Assembly (NCBI RefSeq): GCF_963921235.1
Contig: NC_086108.1
Span: 81,718,001 to 81,782,000 of the forward strand
Length of the DNA: 64,000 nt
Source: Mobula hypostoma
Lineage: Eukaryota
Direction of reading: 5' to 3'
This document shows positions 23,643 to 37,800 of this stretch, in pieces. Each line of letters starts with the position of its first letter. Positions within the stretch are counted from its first letter, which is position 1. The position numbers and the translations under genes are program-made. The notes under the pieces were generated by a model, which was given only the letters and a program-made list of their open reading frames with translations, searched no databases and was not told the origin of the DNA.

Positions 23643-26600
23643 GTCCAAGTTCTCCTGCTGAAAAGTCAGTCAACTGGCCAGGGTCGTCACCCAACACTGG
23701 TCCATTACTGCCCTTCTTGTAGAGCTAATTTAAGAAACCCTCCTGGATATACTTAACATTCTTGCACTATGTAGTCCCTTGCACTATATAGAGTCACAGT
23801 CTATATATTAAGGAAGTTGAAATTACCCACTGCTCCAACCCTACTGTTTTTACACCATTCCCCCACCTGCATCTATATCTGTTCCTCAATGTCCTGGTGA
23901 CTGTAGTGGGATGAGGGTGGGGTGGGGCAGAAGGTGGCAGCAGGGCCCAGGCCTGAGAGCAGGGAATATGCCAATGTTTGGCTGCTGAAGCAGACTTGGA
24001 GATGACATGAAGTGGCAGAGCCAAGGCGAGGCAGAGTTGAGGTCATAGGGCCCAGGCCCAAGAGCAAAAAACAAGCAGAGGTTTGACTGATTTTAAGCTC
24101 CATTCCAAACTGGAAAGGTCAGACATGGGCTGAATTGAGATGCGTCTGGGTCCAAGAGCAAAGAGTGACCGCTGTATGGCTGATAAAGGCGCCAGGTTGC
24201 TGGGGCTGGAGGTGAGGGCCAGTGTTCAGATCTCTGCTCTGTGAGGTTTACTCTGTCTCTGCGTTGAACTGAGGCTGTGGCCTGAAACTAAGAGGCTCCT
24301 GGATTGGCTGCAGTGATGACCGACTTTGTGGCCATGGACCCACGTTTGTGAATTTCAGCTTTGATTGTTATTTGCTTACTTTTATTGATTGCACAGTTTG
24401 TTTTTTTTCCCCCCATTCATTGGGTGTTTGACTGTTTTTAATGGTTTGGGCTGCTTGGTTTTATCACTGCCTGTAAGGAGACGAATCTCAAAGTTCTGTA
24501 TGGTATACCTACTTTGATAATAAATGTACTTTGTTGCTCTATATTTCCCTCAATTGCAAACATGGGCTGCTTGTTTGTTTTTGGAAAATATACTTAGAAG
24601 ATATTAAAGTTAAATTCGTAATAACACAGGATGAATTACAGTGAAGAAGGGTATCCCAGATTACAGTGTGATCCTGATCAACTGCATCTTTGGGCTAAGG
24701 AATGACAAATGAGTTTAATTCAGATGAATGCTACGTGTTGTGCTTTGCTAAGGTTAAACAGGACAGGACTTGGACAATAAATGGTACATAGTTCCTTGAA
24801 AGTGGTGTCACAGATAGACAGGGTGGTGAGGAAGGTATTTGACACATCGGCCTTCATCAGTCCTGATACTGAATACAGGATTTAATGTTATGTTTACACA
24901 AGACACTGCGAAGGCCATATTTGGAGTACAATCATTAAGAGTATAGATATGATAATAGCCACAGTATCTTCCATAGAAGATGGAAGTGCAAAATCAGAAG
25001 GCATGGGTTTATACTGAGAGTGGAAAAATTTGAAGGACTTGAGGGGCAACTTTTTCACAAAGAGGCTGATGAGTGTATATGGAATGAGCTGCCAGAGGGA
25101 GTGATTGAGGTGGGTGTGGAGATAACATATAGAGCACATATTGACACTTGTATCAATTGAGGGATATTTCTCAAACGCTGATAAAGGGACTGGTTAGGTT
25201 GGTTAACTTGGTCGGCATGGATTAGTCGGCTTGAAGAGCCCCTTTTCTGTGCTTTATAGCTCAATGGCTCTGCAGATGATGGTGTTGTTAAGTGGTATCA
25301 CAACTCTGAGGGCTAAGAGGGAAATGAGTTAAACTAACACCTGTTGCCATTCCATTAGGGAAGGGTTAATTGGACTCTTAGAAAATTGTAATGTGATTTG
25401 GCAAAGTGAACATGTTTTATGAAAGGAAAGGCTGTTTGTAAAATTTATTGGAGTTAAGAATGTAGCTATCTGGATGAATCTACAAAAGGCATTTGATTAG
25501 ATACCACATAAAAGGTTACTGCACAAAATAAAGGTCTGTTTTATTCATTTTTATTTTTTTCAGCTTGGACTATTTTTTTGAGATTTTTAAAAACATAATT
25601 TCAGTATTGAAAATTTTTAGTCATTAAAATGCATCATCCTTAAGTCCTTAAATGAATCTAAACCAAAATTATAGTCATGGCTTGATATAAAATGTCTGCA
25701 CTGATCCTCCAAGCTGTGTAGCTTGTTTACTCTGATTTTAGATGAATGCCAATGAGGAACCCTTGCACCTGTTGGATATGGTGAAAGAGCTGCCCTTGTA
25801 CTGAAGAGTAAAGTCAATTTTGTCATTTTTGCTGATATTTTCTTCAAAGAAGCATGTTGACTTTGCAGTCTGCAAGGAAATGAATTCGTACGAATGTGAT
25901 TCCATTAGTCAGTTCTTATTGGCTCTTGTTCTGTGGAGGCTTTGCTGATTGGTTGAAAGCTAGAAACAGGTTACTAAATTTCAGCTTTCAACAAAGCCCC
26001 AGAACAAAATCCATCAGAATGAACAGTTTCTTTTACATTATTGTTGAGATGCGCCTTATGAATTTTCTTCCATATGTTTTGACATATTCAGTTACTTTCA
26101 CCAACTTTATGCTACTGATCTGTATATACCTCGTCTTTTGGCATCAGCTAATAGCTGGTATTTGTGTTTTGAAGTCTAATGCAACAATATTGATTTTTAT
26201 AAAAATGGTTACCACTTGTGCCATAAAAATTTTATCTGTAAATAGTAACCTGTTCTCCAAGTCCATCTTCGGTGGTTTTCTTTTTTTACTTGGTGTGATT
26301 TTTTTAAAAATCCCATACCAAATGTGGAATATTTAGCATGGGTAAAATTCTGATTCGCAAACTGTACTTAGTGGAGTTTCACAGGGAACCAGTGCTAAAA
26401 GTTCTGCTATTTTTATACGCTGGGTAGGGCAATTCAACCCCAGGTACCCAGTGTACACCAGCAGTCTATCAGATAGTGATGAATCAAGAATCAATCCTCA
26501 GTAGAAGTTGATCAGTCATTAAAAATGATAAAACAGCTCAGAATATCCAAAGTAAACTGAATAGAATATTTAACCATGGCTAAAAATAGGAATGCAAATT

Positions 26601-26869
26601 GGATATTGCTCTCCCAATTTTGGTTTCTGTGGGATGGGCCAGCAAGTACAAATTGTATATAACCTGCAGGGCATTGGCATGGCTACATTTGGAGTCTTGT
26701 GCAGATTTTCTTCTCTAGATTACTTGGCTGGAATTAGGAATATTTTGGAGATATCTCACTAATGGAAATGTGGTTGAAATTTTAAACTATTAAAAGGGAT
26801 TGCACCGGTAGACTTTTCCTCATTCATAGTTATACATTTAACAAAGTATAGTTTTGGCTAGTTCCTCAA

Positions 26870-28310
26870 TCAGGTTTATTATGACAAAATTTATTGCTTT
26901 GCAGCAGCAGTATGATGCAAAGACACACAAAATTACTATAAATTACAAAATAAACAGTGCAAAAAAGGAATAATGAGGAATAATAATAATATACTGTTCA
27001 GAAATCCGATGATGATGGGAAAGAAGCTGTTTCTGAATCATTGAGTGTGGGTCTTCAGGATCCTGTGTCACCTCCTTGATGCTAGGAATGAGAAGAAGGC
27101 ATGTCCCAGATGGTGAGGGTACTTAATGATAGGTGACACTTTCTTGAGGCACTGCCTCTGGAAGATGTCCTCAATGGTAGAAAGGTTTTGCCCATGACAG
27201 AGCTGGCTGAATTCATGACGTTCTGTAGCCTCTTGCAATCCTGTAGTTTGGAGGCTCTATTTTAGGCAGCCAGTCACAATCCTCTCCACTGTACATCCTT
27301 AGAAATTTGCAAGAGCCTTTGGTGACAAACTAAATCACTTCAAATTCCTAATGAAGTAGAACTGCTGGTGTGCCTTCTTTATGATTGCAGATTCATTTAT
27401 CTACTTATCACATGTACATCGAAACAGACAGTGAAATGCATTAACAACTGGCACAGCCTAAGGATGTGCTAGGGGCATCCTGCAAGTGTCGCCACACATT
27501 CTGATGCAACATAGCGCACTCATAATGTTCAGCAGAATACCTCAAGTAACAACAACAGAACAGCAGCAACAAAGCAATGACAGCAAAACAAGCCCCTTTC
27601 CTCACTCCCTCTCCACCTACCCACCCACTCCATTCACAAATACAGACAGTCCTCCAAACCCAGGAAAAGCTGCCTGCAGACCTCCAGTCTCCAGTGGACT
27701 TTCAGACTCTCAGACCCTTGGGCTTCAGCTATTGGTCTTCAAGTTTCAACCTTCCATTTTGAACCCAAAACACACGGATGATGAGACCTTGAACTCCAGG
27801 CTTGTTGACCTAGCAAGTTACTAGCCCTTGTGTTTCTAGCCCGCACAGATATTAGATCCCTCAGCTCTTGCCATCCCGAGGCACTGTCAGCTCTCGTTCT
27901 CACAGGTCTTCATCCGTAGTGCTTACCGGCCTGACATCCATCTACGGATGTTTTTGGTTGAATATCCACGTCGGTACCCTTCAGATGTGGAGTGTGGAGC
28001 GGAGCACTAGACTCAGGCTTGAACTAATCTTCCCACATCTTTGTTCCTAAACATTAACCTGACCCCTAACTCCCCACTCTGTCCCCAGCCAGTAATGTTA
28101 GCCCCAGATTAGATCCTTTGAGATGTTGACACTCAGGAATTTAAAGCTGCTCACCATTTCCACCGCAGCTCCTGTAATAATGACTGGGGTATATTCGCCT
28201 GGCTTCCTCTTCCTGAAGTTCATGTACAGTTACTTAGTCCTGCTGATGTTTAGTGCGAGGTTGTTGTCGCAAAAGCATTCAACCAGCTGATCTATTTCAC
28301 TCCTGTACAC
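26870..28310 (-). mobile_element. Degraded Rex1/Babar-like LINE 3' part with an internal repeat insertion
   Basis: Shares the gggaagaagctgtttctga...tgtcccagatggtgaggg blocks with the copies at 21.6 kb and 38.3 kb. Confidence 0.55.
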
Positions 28311-29447
28311 ATTTTTATGTGGTCAGTTATGACACTTATGATTATGAAGAATTGGCAGAACCAAATTAGAATGTGTGCTCGCAAGTGTTTGTTCTCACGT
28401 TGCTTTAATACCCTGTAGGTCTAAGTGTCCAAGATGGAGGCCCTTGAAAATAATTGTTTATAGCAGAATAACTTGGAATTAAACAAGTTTACTTGCTGGT
28501 TGGTGTAATTTGTCAGTCATTTCCCATAATTTTTTCTAGACTGTCATACCTACCCCTCCCCACCCTGGTGAGAAAGTGAGTTAGGGTGTATGGGATTGCA
28601 CAATGTAATAGGTTTAATAATTGATATGGAGTGAATGGACAAAAGGAGCACATTGTTGGGAAATGTGAGATTATACATTTTGAAAGCAGAAAACATTGTT
28701 TATATTGTATGATAACAAATATTTGAAGAGATTGGCCATTGAAGCACAAGAGAGTCAAAGTGAGCTTGCAGGTGCTGCAAATAATTTGGAAAACAATGGG
28801 AATTTGGCCGACTTCATTACAACAATGAGAATGAAAGCAAAAGTATTGCTGCAAATGTACGGATTTTGGTGAGATTAGGCTTGCACTGCATATAATTTGT
28901 ATTTCCTTATGATATACTTTGAAGTATTCACTTCTCCAATAAAAGGGTTGTCTTTTGAGTAAGGTCCTAGCCATGATACAGGAATAAAGTAAGACATTTT
29001 TGTTGAGTTATGGGCAAAACAAACAGAATTGTGGAAGAGTAATGTTTATATTTATTGATCGAGATAAGGAGAGATCAATGACCTAGGTGTAGCTGAGTTG
29101 AAAGCTAGAGATCCCAGAGCAACTTGACAATCTCAAATGTGATGTGAAAGACCTGATTTGGCAGAATCATCTATTTCTACAGTATCAAATTTAGTGCAGC
29201 ATTATGGACAGAATTTGAGTAAATGGGCCTGTTATCTCTAGAGTTTCGAAGCATGAGAGGTGATCTTATTTAATGTCTAAGTTTCTGAGTTTGGTAGAGT
29301 AGATAGAAATCTTGTTTTGATGGCATAATTTCATGAGCCATTTAAAATTAGCACGAGAAAGTTTCTTCCAAGGTTTCTGTACTTTTGAAATTTTCTAACT
29401 TGAGCTGCAAATGCAGAGTTAAATTATTCAAACTGGCTTAAAATTTT

Positions 29448-30110
29448 GAACGCAAACAGGAGGAAATCTGCAGATGCTGGAATTTCAAGCAACACACAAC
29501 CATTATTTATATATTTATATACACACATTCTTTTTCTCTCTCTCCTTTTTCTCCCTCTGTCCCTCTCACTATACCCCTTGCCCATCCTCTGGGCTTACCC
29601 CCTCCCCCTTTCTTTTTCCCTAGGCCTCCTGTCCCATGATCCTCTCATATCCCTTTTGTTAATCAACTGTCCAGCTCTTGGCTCCATCCCTCCCCCTCCT
29701 GTCTTCTCATATCATTTTGGATCTCCCCCTCCCCCTTCCACTTTCAAATCTCTTACTAACTCTTCCTTCAGTTAGTCCTGACGAAGGGTCTCGGCCTGAA
29801 ACGTCAACTGTACCTCTTCCTAGAGATGCTGCCTGGCCTGCTGCGTTCAACAGCAACGTTTGTGTGTGTTGCTTAAAATCTTGCACAAATGCTTCAAGGA
29901 CTGAGGGTTTCAGCAAAGCAGGTAACATCTGCAGAGGGGAATAAACAGTTGAAGTTTCAGACTGTGACCCTTCATTAGGTGTCCTGATGAAGAGTCTCTG
30001 CCCAAAACATTGACTGTGTATTCCCCTGATATGGTGCCTGATTTGACAGGTTCCTCCAGCATTTTGCATATGTTGCTCAAGATTTCCAGCATCTGCAGAA
30101 TCTCTTGTGT
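29448..30110 (+). mobile_element. Penelope-like pLTR fragments with a hammerhead motif at 29774-29809 and a decayed inverted pair at about 29915-30110
   Basis: agtcCTGACGAagggtctcggcctGAAAcGTCaact followed by the same pLTR sequence as at 1480-1550. An inverted 5' piece lies at 29448-29498. Confidence 0.72.
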
Positions 30111-30819
30111 TAAAGGATTGAGAGTTCTATAGAAAAGGATTTGAGACCAACGGTGAGGTAAATGCTGTTTTTATTAGATACCAGAGCACGATTGAGTGGC
30201 TGCATGGGCCACTGCAGTTTTTTATGTGGATGGAAGTCCTTATAGGGATTTGCATGCCACTTTCGTAACACTACCATAAATTTATAAGTTTATATATATG
30301 CTTGATATATAAACTTATGTTCCAGTTCTGTAACTTCGAAAATATTTTGGCCAATGCAAGTGATGGAGCATTCTTATCTTAGAATCTCCACAGAGAAGAT
30401 TGGTAATGACTTGGATATACTATATTGAGGTGACACTATGTAATACCTTTTTGAAAATTGTAAGTGCAGCAGTCTTCTGGAGCATACCAAATATGTGCTT
30501 CTATTGAATCTGTAGCAAGGGCGCAAGGTTTTAGCAGGAGGTGCTGTGATTGGAGCCGATCAAATAGCCCTAAAATGTGATGTATACATGAGCAATTCAT
30601 GATGTATTCAAACTTGATTCCAAAGTAATGGAGCTTTATTGTTGGCATTTTTGGGTCACGCTCTTCATACTGACAAAATTGTGCATCTTATGCATTAAAA
30701 ATAAAACTTCCTATAAATTCTTGGAATAATTCATTTTAAATATTTAAAATGGCAGACTCATTAATACAGGATTTTGATTTCCTTGCAGTTCACTTTTACA
30801 CTGTTTACCTCTGTCAGTT

Positions 30820-31345
30820 TGCATGAGATGTCAACAGAATTATAGGAAAGATGTCAACAAAATTGGGAGAGTACAGAGAATATTTACTAGAATGTTACCT
30901 GGGTTTCATCTTCTAAGTTACAGAGAAAGGTTGAACAAGTTGGGTCTTTATTCTTTGGAGCGTAGAAGGTTGAGGGGGGACTTGATAGAGGTATTTAAAA
31001 TTATGAGGGAGATAGATAGAGGTGACGTGGATAGGCTTTTTCCATTGAGAGTGGGGGAGATTCAAACAAAAGGACATGAGAGTTAAAGGAAAAAAGTTTA
31101 GGGGTAACATGAGGGGGAACTTCTTCACAGAGAGTGGTAGCTGTGTGGAACGAGCTTCCAGCAGAATTGGTTAAGGCGGGTTTGACGTTGTCATTTACAG
31201 TTAAATTGGATAGCTATATGGAAAGGAATGGAGGGTTATGGGCTGAGTGCAGGTTGGTTGGACTAGGTGAGAGTAAGAGTTCAGCACAGACTAGAAGGGC
31301 CAAGATGGCCTGTTTCCGTGTTGTAATTGTTATATGGTTATATGG
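30820..31345 (+). mobile_element. Young CR1 3' fragment, closely similar to 48690-49318
   Basis: Peptide NYRKDVNKIGRVQRIFTRMLPGFHLLSYRERLNKLGLYSLERRRLRGDLIEV. The tail is (ttatatgg)n. Confidence 0.88.
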
Positions 31346-31717
31346 AGTGTAACTATTCTACTCATTGTATTTGATGTGGCTGCATGACTCATTATGTTCC
31401 TTGTAAGTGGAGCTGCTATGTACCTAAGTAACTATTGAATGTTGTTTCAACTGATTCCTAGCAAATGGAGGTTAAGTGCTAATATTCAAAAGCTAACAAC
31501 TGTCCTACAAATGTCTATCTATTCAAATTACAAAAATACTTAGTATAACAGTTGTTCAGATTGAAGTTAATAACTGATTTGTTTAAAAATAATTGTGCAA
31601 TATACTTGGTACCTGAGGAGACTTACTATCATCTAACTTTCCTAGGGGAAAACAGATAACATGAGAAGGAATGTTCAAATATAATAGATAGTTAATATGA
31701 ATTGTCTCTTGTTGCAG

Positions 31718-31883
31718 AGGAGCAGTGATGAGAATGGAAACTGTCCCGGAACCATTGAATTTCCAACCACAAATTTGTATGAATTGGAAAGTCGTGTGTT
31801 CACTGATCACTGGTCTATCCCTTACAAACGTGAAGAATCACTGGGCAAGTGCCTGATAGCATCCACGTGCCTTGCACGGCTTG
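31718..31883 (+). CDS. USP24: USP24 exon (166 nt)
   Basis: ttgcag|RSSDENGNCPGTIEFPTTNLYELESRVFTDHWSIPYKREESLGKCLIASTCLARL(G)|gtaagt. Confidence 0.96.
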
Positions 31884-34800
31884 GTAAGTTCCACATAACG
31901 TTTGAGTAGGCAAGTCACATCAGCAGTTTTTCCCCTGTTCAGTATCTGGACCAGAAATAACATGCTTTAGTTTCTAGCACTGAACTAGTACAATGGAAAA
32001 TGAGACAAAGGAAGAAATGGGTGAAAAGCATTCCCCCCCCCCCATAGCATTAGGGTGAGAATATGGAATTCATTATCATGTGGAATGGTTGATGCAAATA
32101 ATGGAAAAAAGAGACTCCTAAACATTTTAGACTGTTATGCTGATTGACACAAGCACTGACAGGAGGAGGCTAGAGTGGAGCATTAACAATGGCACATGTA
32201 TAGGTGATTATATAAAATTATGAGCAAGCAAAGGAAAGCTAAACTACAAGAAAAATAACAATTTTGCACCCTAATCCAACACTTCAGTTAACTTGCCTAC
32301 CACAGAGGTTAGGCTTACTGGTCTATAATTACCAAGTTTTTCTTTATAGTCCATCTTAAATGAAGCTACTCTTCAGTCTCTGGCTCTGCATATCGCTAAT
32401 GATATGTATATTTTAACCAAGGCTTCTACAATTTCTTCTGTAGTTTCCCTACAATATTCTGAGCAGGCCCTAGACATTTATCTATCTTCATACATTTTAA
32501 GATGTTCAATAACACCTCTAGTATAAAACAGAATATCCTAATAGCATTTACACGCCTAGCAGACGACCCCCCCATTAACTATCTCAAAGTCTTCTTGTTT
32601 TTCTCAGTGGGAAAGCAAGGAAATATTCACTGAAGACCTCGTACACCACCTGTCACTCCACAAAAAGATGTCCACTTTGGTTTTTGAAGGGCCCTATTCT
32701 CTCAGTACAATTTTCCCTTAATGTACTTAAAATATCTTTGCATTCGCCTTCATTTTCTCTGCCAAAGCTATCTGATGCCCCACTTTTGCATTCTGATTTC
32801 CTTCTTGAGCATACTCCTATAATCCTTCTGGTGTTTACTTTCTCCCAGCTGTCTGTACCTGACCCATAACTCCTTGTTTCTTGACCACAGGCTTAATGTG
32901 GGCAGCACAGTAGCGCAGTGGTTAACACAACCTTTTACAGTATAGGCAACCTAGGTTCAAATCCCACCACTGCCTATAAAGAGTCTGTATGTTCTCCCTG
33001 TGACCACGTGGGTTTCCTAAGAGTGCTCCCGTTTCCTTCCCTAGTCCAAAGACCTACCACACTGCATCTCAATAAATAGCTAATGTCCTTTGTCATCCAG
33101 CGTTCCCTCTACCATCAAAATTAATGACATTAAGAACTTGAACCCATAGATCAGTTCTGTCCTTTTCCATAACTATTTTAAATCTAGTAGTCTGGTCCAA
33201 AAGCGCTCACCCACTGACACCTCAATTGCTTGTCGTACCCCATTTCTCAAGAGTAGACAAGCTATGCCCTCTCCTCTCGTAGGTTACCAATATATTACAT
33301 GATGAAGCTTTCCTGAATATAATTAACAAATCCTTGGCACTATGACAGTTATAATCTTCAACTGTGACAACCTAATTATCCTTTAACTTTCTGTAATCAC
33401 ACTGCCTATTTATTCTTCTAATTGTCATTTACTATTAGGAATCTATAGCACAATTGTAACAAGCTGACCATCCTCTTAATATTCACCTCCACCCATAAGG
33501 TCTTATCAAACAATCCTCAGTAATTTAATCTCTGATTAAGGCGATGATGATCTTGTTGATCAGAAATTCAATTCCCCCTTTCCTCCATCTCTGTCCCGCT
33601 TGTAGTACCAGTATCCTGGAACTTTTAGCTGCCAGTCTGGACCTCCCTTAGCCATATTTCTGAAATGCCTATAGTATCCCAGTATAATGTATGCCCCTGA
33701 GTTGATCTTCCTTGCCTGTCAGGCCAAAAGACATTGGAGCAGAAGTAGGCCATTCAGCCCCTCGAGTCTGCTTCACTATTTCATCATGGGTGATCCCAGA
33801 TCCCACTCAACCCCATTCACATGCCTTCTTGCCATATCCTTTGATGCCCTGACTGATCAGGAAATGATCAACCTCTGCCTTAGATCTACTCACGGACTTG
33901 GCCTCCACGGCTGTCTGGCACAGCATTCCACAGATTCACTACTCTCTGGCTTAAAGGAAATCCTCTTTACCTCTGTTCTAAAAGGTTACCCCTCAGTTTT
34001 AAGGCTGTACCCTCCAGTTCAGGATACCCCCACCATAGGGAGCATCTTCTCCACATTCCATCCTATCCAGTCCTTTCAACATTTGGTCAGTTTCAATGGG
34101 ATCCTTCCGCATTCTTCTAAATTCCAGTGAGTACAGGCCCAAAGCTGCCAAATGCTCCTCATATGTTAACCCCTTTATTCCCAGAATCATCCTCGTGAAT
34201 CTCCTGTGATGTCTCTCCAATGACAACACATCCTTTGAGATATGGGGCCCAAAATCTGTCAAGTGCGGCCTGACTAGTGTCTTATAAGGGCTCAGCATTA
34301 TCTCCTTCCTTTTATATTCAGTTCCCCTTGAAATAAATGGAAACATTGCACTTGCCCTCTTTTACCATAGACTCAGCCTGTAAATTAACCTTCTGGGAGT
34401 CTAAGTCCCTCTGCACCTCTGATGTTTGAACCTTCTCCCCATTTAGATAATAGTCCGCACTATTGTTCCTTTTTAGCAAAATGCATTATCATAAATTTCC
34501 CAACATTGTCTTCCATCTGCCACTTCTTTTACCCATTTCCAATTTGTCAAAGTCCTGCTACAATTGCAGTGCTTCCTCAGCACTACCTGCCCCTCCACCT
34601 ATCTTCTGATCATCTGCAAACTTTGCCACAAAGCCATCAATTCTATTATCTAAATTATTGACAAACAATGTGAAAAGTAGTGGTCCCAAAACTGATCCCT
34701 GAGGAACACCATGAGTCACTGGCAACCAAACAGCCCCCGTCAGTATCTTTCCTATAATGCCTCTTGCATTAAAATAAATGTAACTTAATCCAAGTCTTTC

Positions 34801-37800
34801 TTCATTTCTTGCTGTACTGCTGTCTGTCATGTCTATTGACCTTATTGGTTTTGAATTAGACCATAAGACATAGGAGCAGAATTAGGCCATCTGGCCCATC
34901 GAGTCTGCTCTGCCATTCATCCATGGCTGATCCTTTTTTTCCTGTCTCCTCCTCAACCCCAGTTCCCGGCCTGCTCCCTGTAACCTTTGATGCCATGTCC
35001 AATTAAGAACTTTAAATACACCCAATGACTTGTCCTCCACAGCTGCATGTGGCAACAAATTCACCACCCTTTGGCTAAAGAAATTTCTCTGCATCTCTGT
35101 TTTGAAAGGGCGCCCCTCTATGCTGAGGCTGTGCCCTCTTGTCCTAGACTCTCCCACCATGGGAAACATCCTTTCCACATCTACTCTGTCTAGGCCTTTC
35201 AACATTCAAAAGGTTTCAATGAGATCTCCCCTCATCCTTCTGAATTCTAGTGAGTATAAATCCAGCGCCATCAAAATTTTCCTCGTATGATAACCCTGGA
35301 ATCATCCTTGTGAACCTCCTCTGGACCCTCTCCAATGCCAGCACATCTTTTCTAAGATGAGGAGCCCAAAACTGTTCCCAATACTTAAAGTGAGGCCTCA
35401 CCAGTGCCTTATAAAGCCTCAGCATCACATCCTTGCTTTTGTATTCTAGATGTCTTGAAGTAAGTGCTAACCTGGCAACATTCTATCTCAGCATCGTGCC
35501 TCTCGTTTTCCTCACTTATGCTTTGGATCCCACCCCTGCCAATCTAGTTTAAACTCTGCCTTGTAGCATTATTAAGTCTGTGCAGTAGGATACAGGTCCT
35601 CTCCATTTTAGGTACAACCTGTCCTCTGTGCCTGAAGAGATCCCTATAGCCTGTAAATTCTAATTCCTGCCCCTTGCATCAACTCTTCGCCACATATTCA
35701 TCTGTGATATCTTCCTATTCTTACCCTCATTTACTCCTGCCAGAGATTACTCCCCTGGAGGTCTTGCTTTTTAACCTTTTTCCTGTCTTCCTTTGTCCAC
35801 TCAGCAGGACTTTAAACCTTTTGCTACCTATGTCATTTGTGCCAACGTGCACAGCGACTTTAGTCTGCTCGCACTGCAACTGCCCCCCCCCCCACCCCCG
35901 AGAGTATTCTGCAGTGCTTGGAGAGATGCTCAACCCTGGCACAAGGGAGGCAGCGCACCATTCTAGAGCCTGTTTTGCAGCCACAGAATATCTTAACTGC
36001 GCACCCCACCCCAACTATTGAATCTCCTATAACTTATTTTCCTGCCTCATCCTTCTGTTGTGGGCCTCCGAGTCAGTATTGGTGTCACAAATATGGCGTC
36101 TGCTGCTGTCTTCCGATCAGTCACTCCCACAACCTCCCCCCAGGCAGTATCCAAAATGGTATACTTAAAGCGGCACAAGGGAATCGGGTACTCCAGAAGT
36201 GACCACTGCACTAAAACTCTTCTCTATGATGTTTTCAGCAATCTGAATGATCTTAAGTGCATCTAGCTCCAGCTGTTTAACATGTTCAGCTAGGAGCTGC
36301 ATCTGGACAAACTTGCCACAGGCATCATCCTCAGGGACACATGAACAAGTTTTAAACTCTGCAGAGCTCCTCCCTTCTACTGCAAAGGCTGCTGGGCCTT
36401 GAAAACAAATGTTATACTTCTGTATAGCGTAAGCTTCTCAGCTAGAGTATTGTGAAGAGGAAACAGCCCACAGAGGGAGCAATATAAGTGAATGGGCAAG
36501 AAGTTGATGGATGGAATATAATGTGGGAATTTGTGTTGGTTATCTACTTTGTAGGGGAGAATAAAAAGAAAAGTAAATTATTTTTCCATGTGAGGCAAAA
36601 CAGTGTTGCAGTACGAAGGAATTTGGTTTCTCAGTAGATGAGTGATCAGGATAATGTGACATTTTTATATATGGGCAGAAAAATACACTTCTCACAGAGG
36701 GGAGAAAAGAAATTAGAGCTGTATTTGTTCCAGAGTTAGTTTTGAAACAACCCAAAATATGGCAAGAATAGGATTTGCTGAAACTAAGCCCAGAATTCGT
36801 GTATAGCCATGACCATCATTGGCTCTCTCGTGAACTCTTTATATTAAAAAAAATAAGTTTAAAAAATCTATTCTTCTGTATAATTCTCCAGAATTTTTAT
36901 TGTGCCAATTATGTGCCCACCAGGGATCTTTTGTTCTCTCTGATTCTATAATTTATATATGCGATTGTTGCAGGTCTTGCCGATGCTGATGAAAATTGTA
37001 AACGATTTATAGACCGATGTATGCCAGAAGCTTTTAAAAAGGTAAAATAAACAGTTTAGGAATTTACAAATTACTAGCATAAAATAAAATCCTACCAGCA
37101 TTCTAACTTGTAGGATTGAACAATTTTTCATGTTAGTTTTTTTTAAACAAATACTTGCATTTTCAAGGTAAGGGACAAAACAGATCTTTAATAAACTTGG
37201 TAATCAATTTACTTTGAACATTTGAGATCTGATAATCATTTGCTGTGTTTTCAGTATGTCACTTTTAATGATATAAAAGTACAGAAAATTGTAATAAACT
37301 ATAATATTTTAAGCATTAGTCTAAAATTGGATTATGGACTCTTGAATTTATCAGTTGATTTATCACTCAAGTCTTATTAATTAGAGATTATAAATAATTG
37401 AGTTACTGATTCAGCTTTGCTTGATAATTTCTGCAGTTGTTAACTTCAAGTGCTGTGCATAAATGGGGCACTGAAATCCACGAGGGAATCTACAACATGG
37501 TCATGCTTTTAGTGGATCTGGTTGCAGCACGAGTCAAACAAGACCCAATTCCCATCAGCCTTATGGGAGTACTCACCATGGTAGGTTGCCATTTATACCA
37601 TCAAGAACCACTATTCTCATATTCTCATTCAGTTATTTAGCAGATTGTCAGGAGGAGACAGAACCATCAAAGGGATCAGAGTAAATCAACTGAGCAGGCA
37701 ATAAGTTGGCAGATGGAACATTATGTGGGAAAATGTGCGGTTATCTACTTTGGAAGGAAGCATAAAAAGAAAACAGAATTATTATTTAAGTGCTGGAATG

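Noticed and set aside
25896..26336. 146-aa hydrophobic ORF
   Set aside because: It has no recognisable motif and a non-ATG start, and its composition is what T-rich intron sequence would give.
1..31717. USP24 exon 1 or promoter CpG island
   Set aside because: I found no UBA-domain exon. The CpG-rich patches belong to the L1 5' region and the MITEs.
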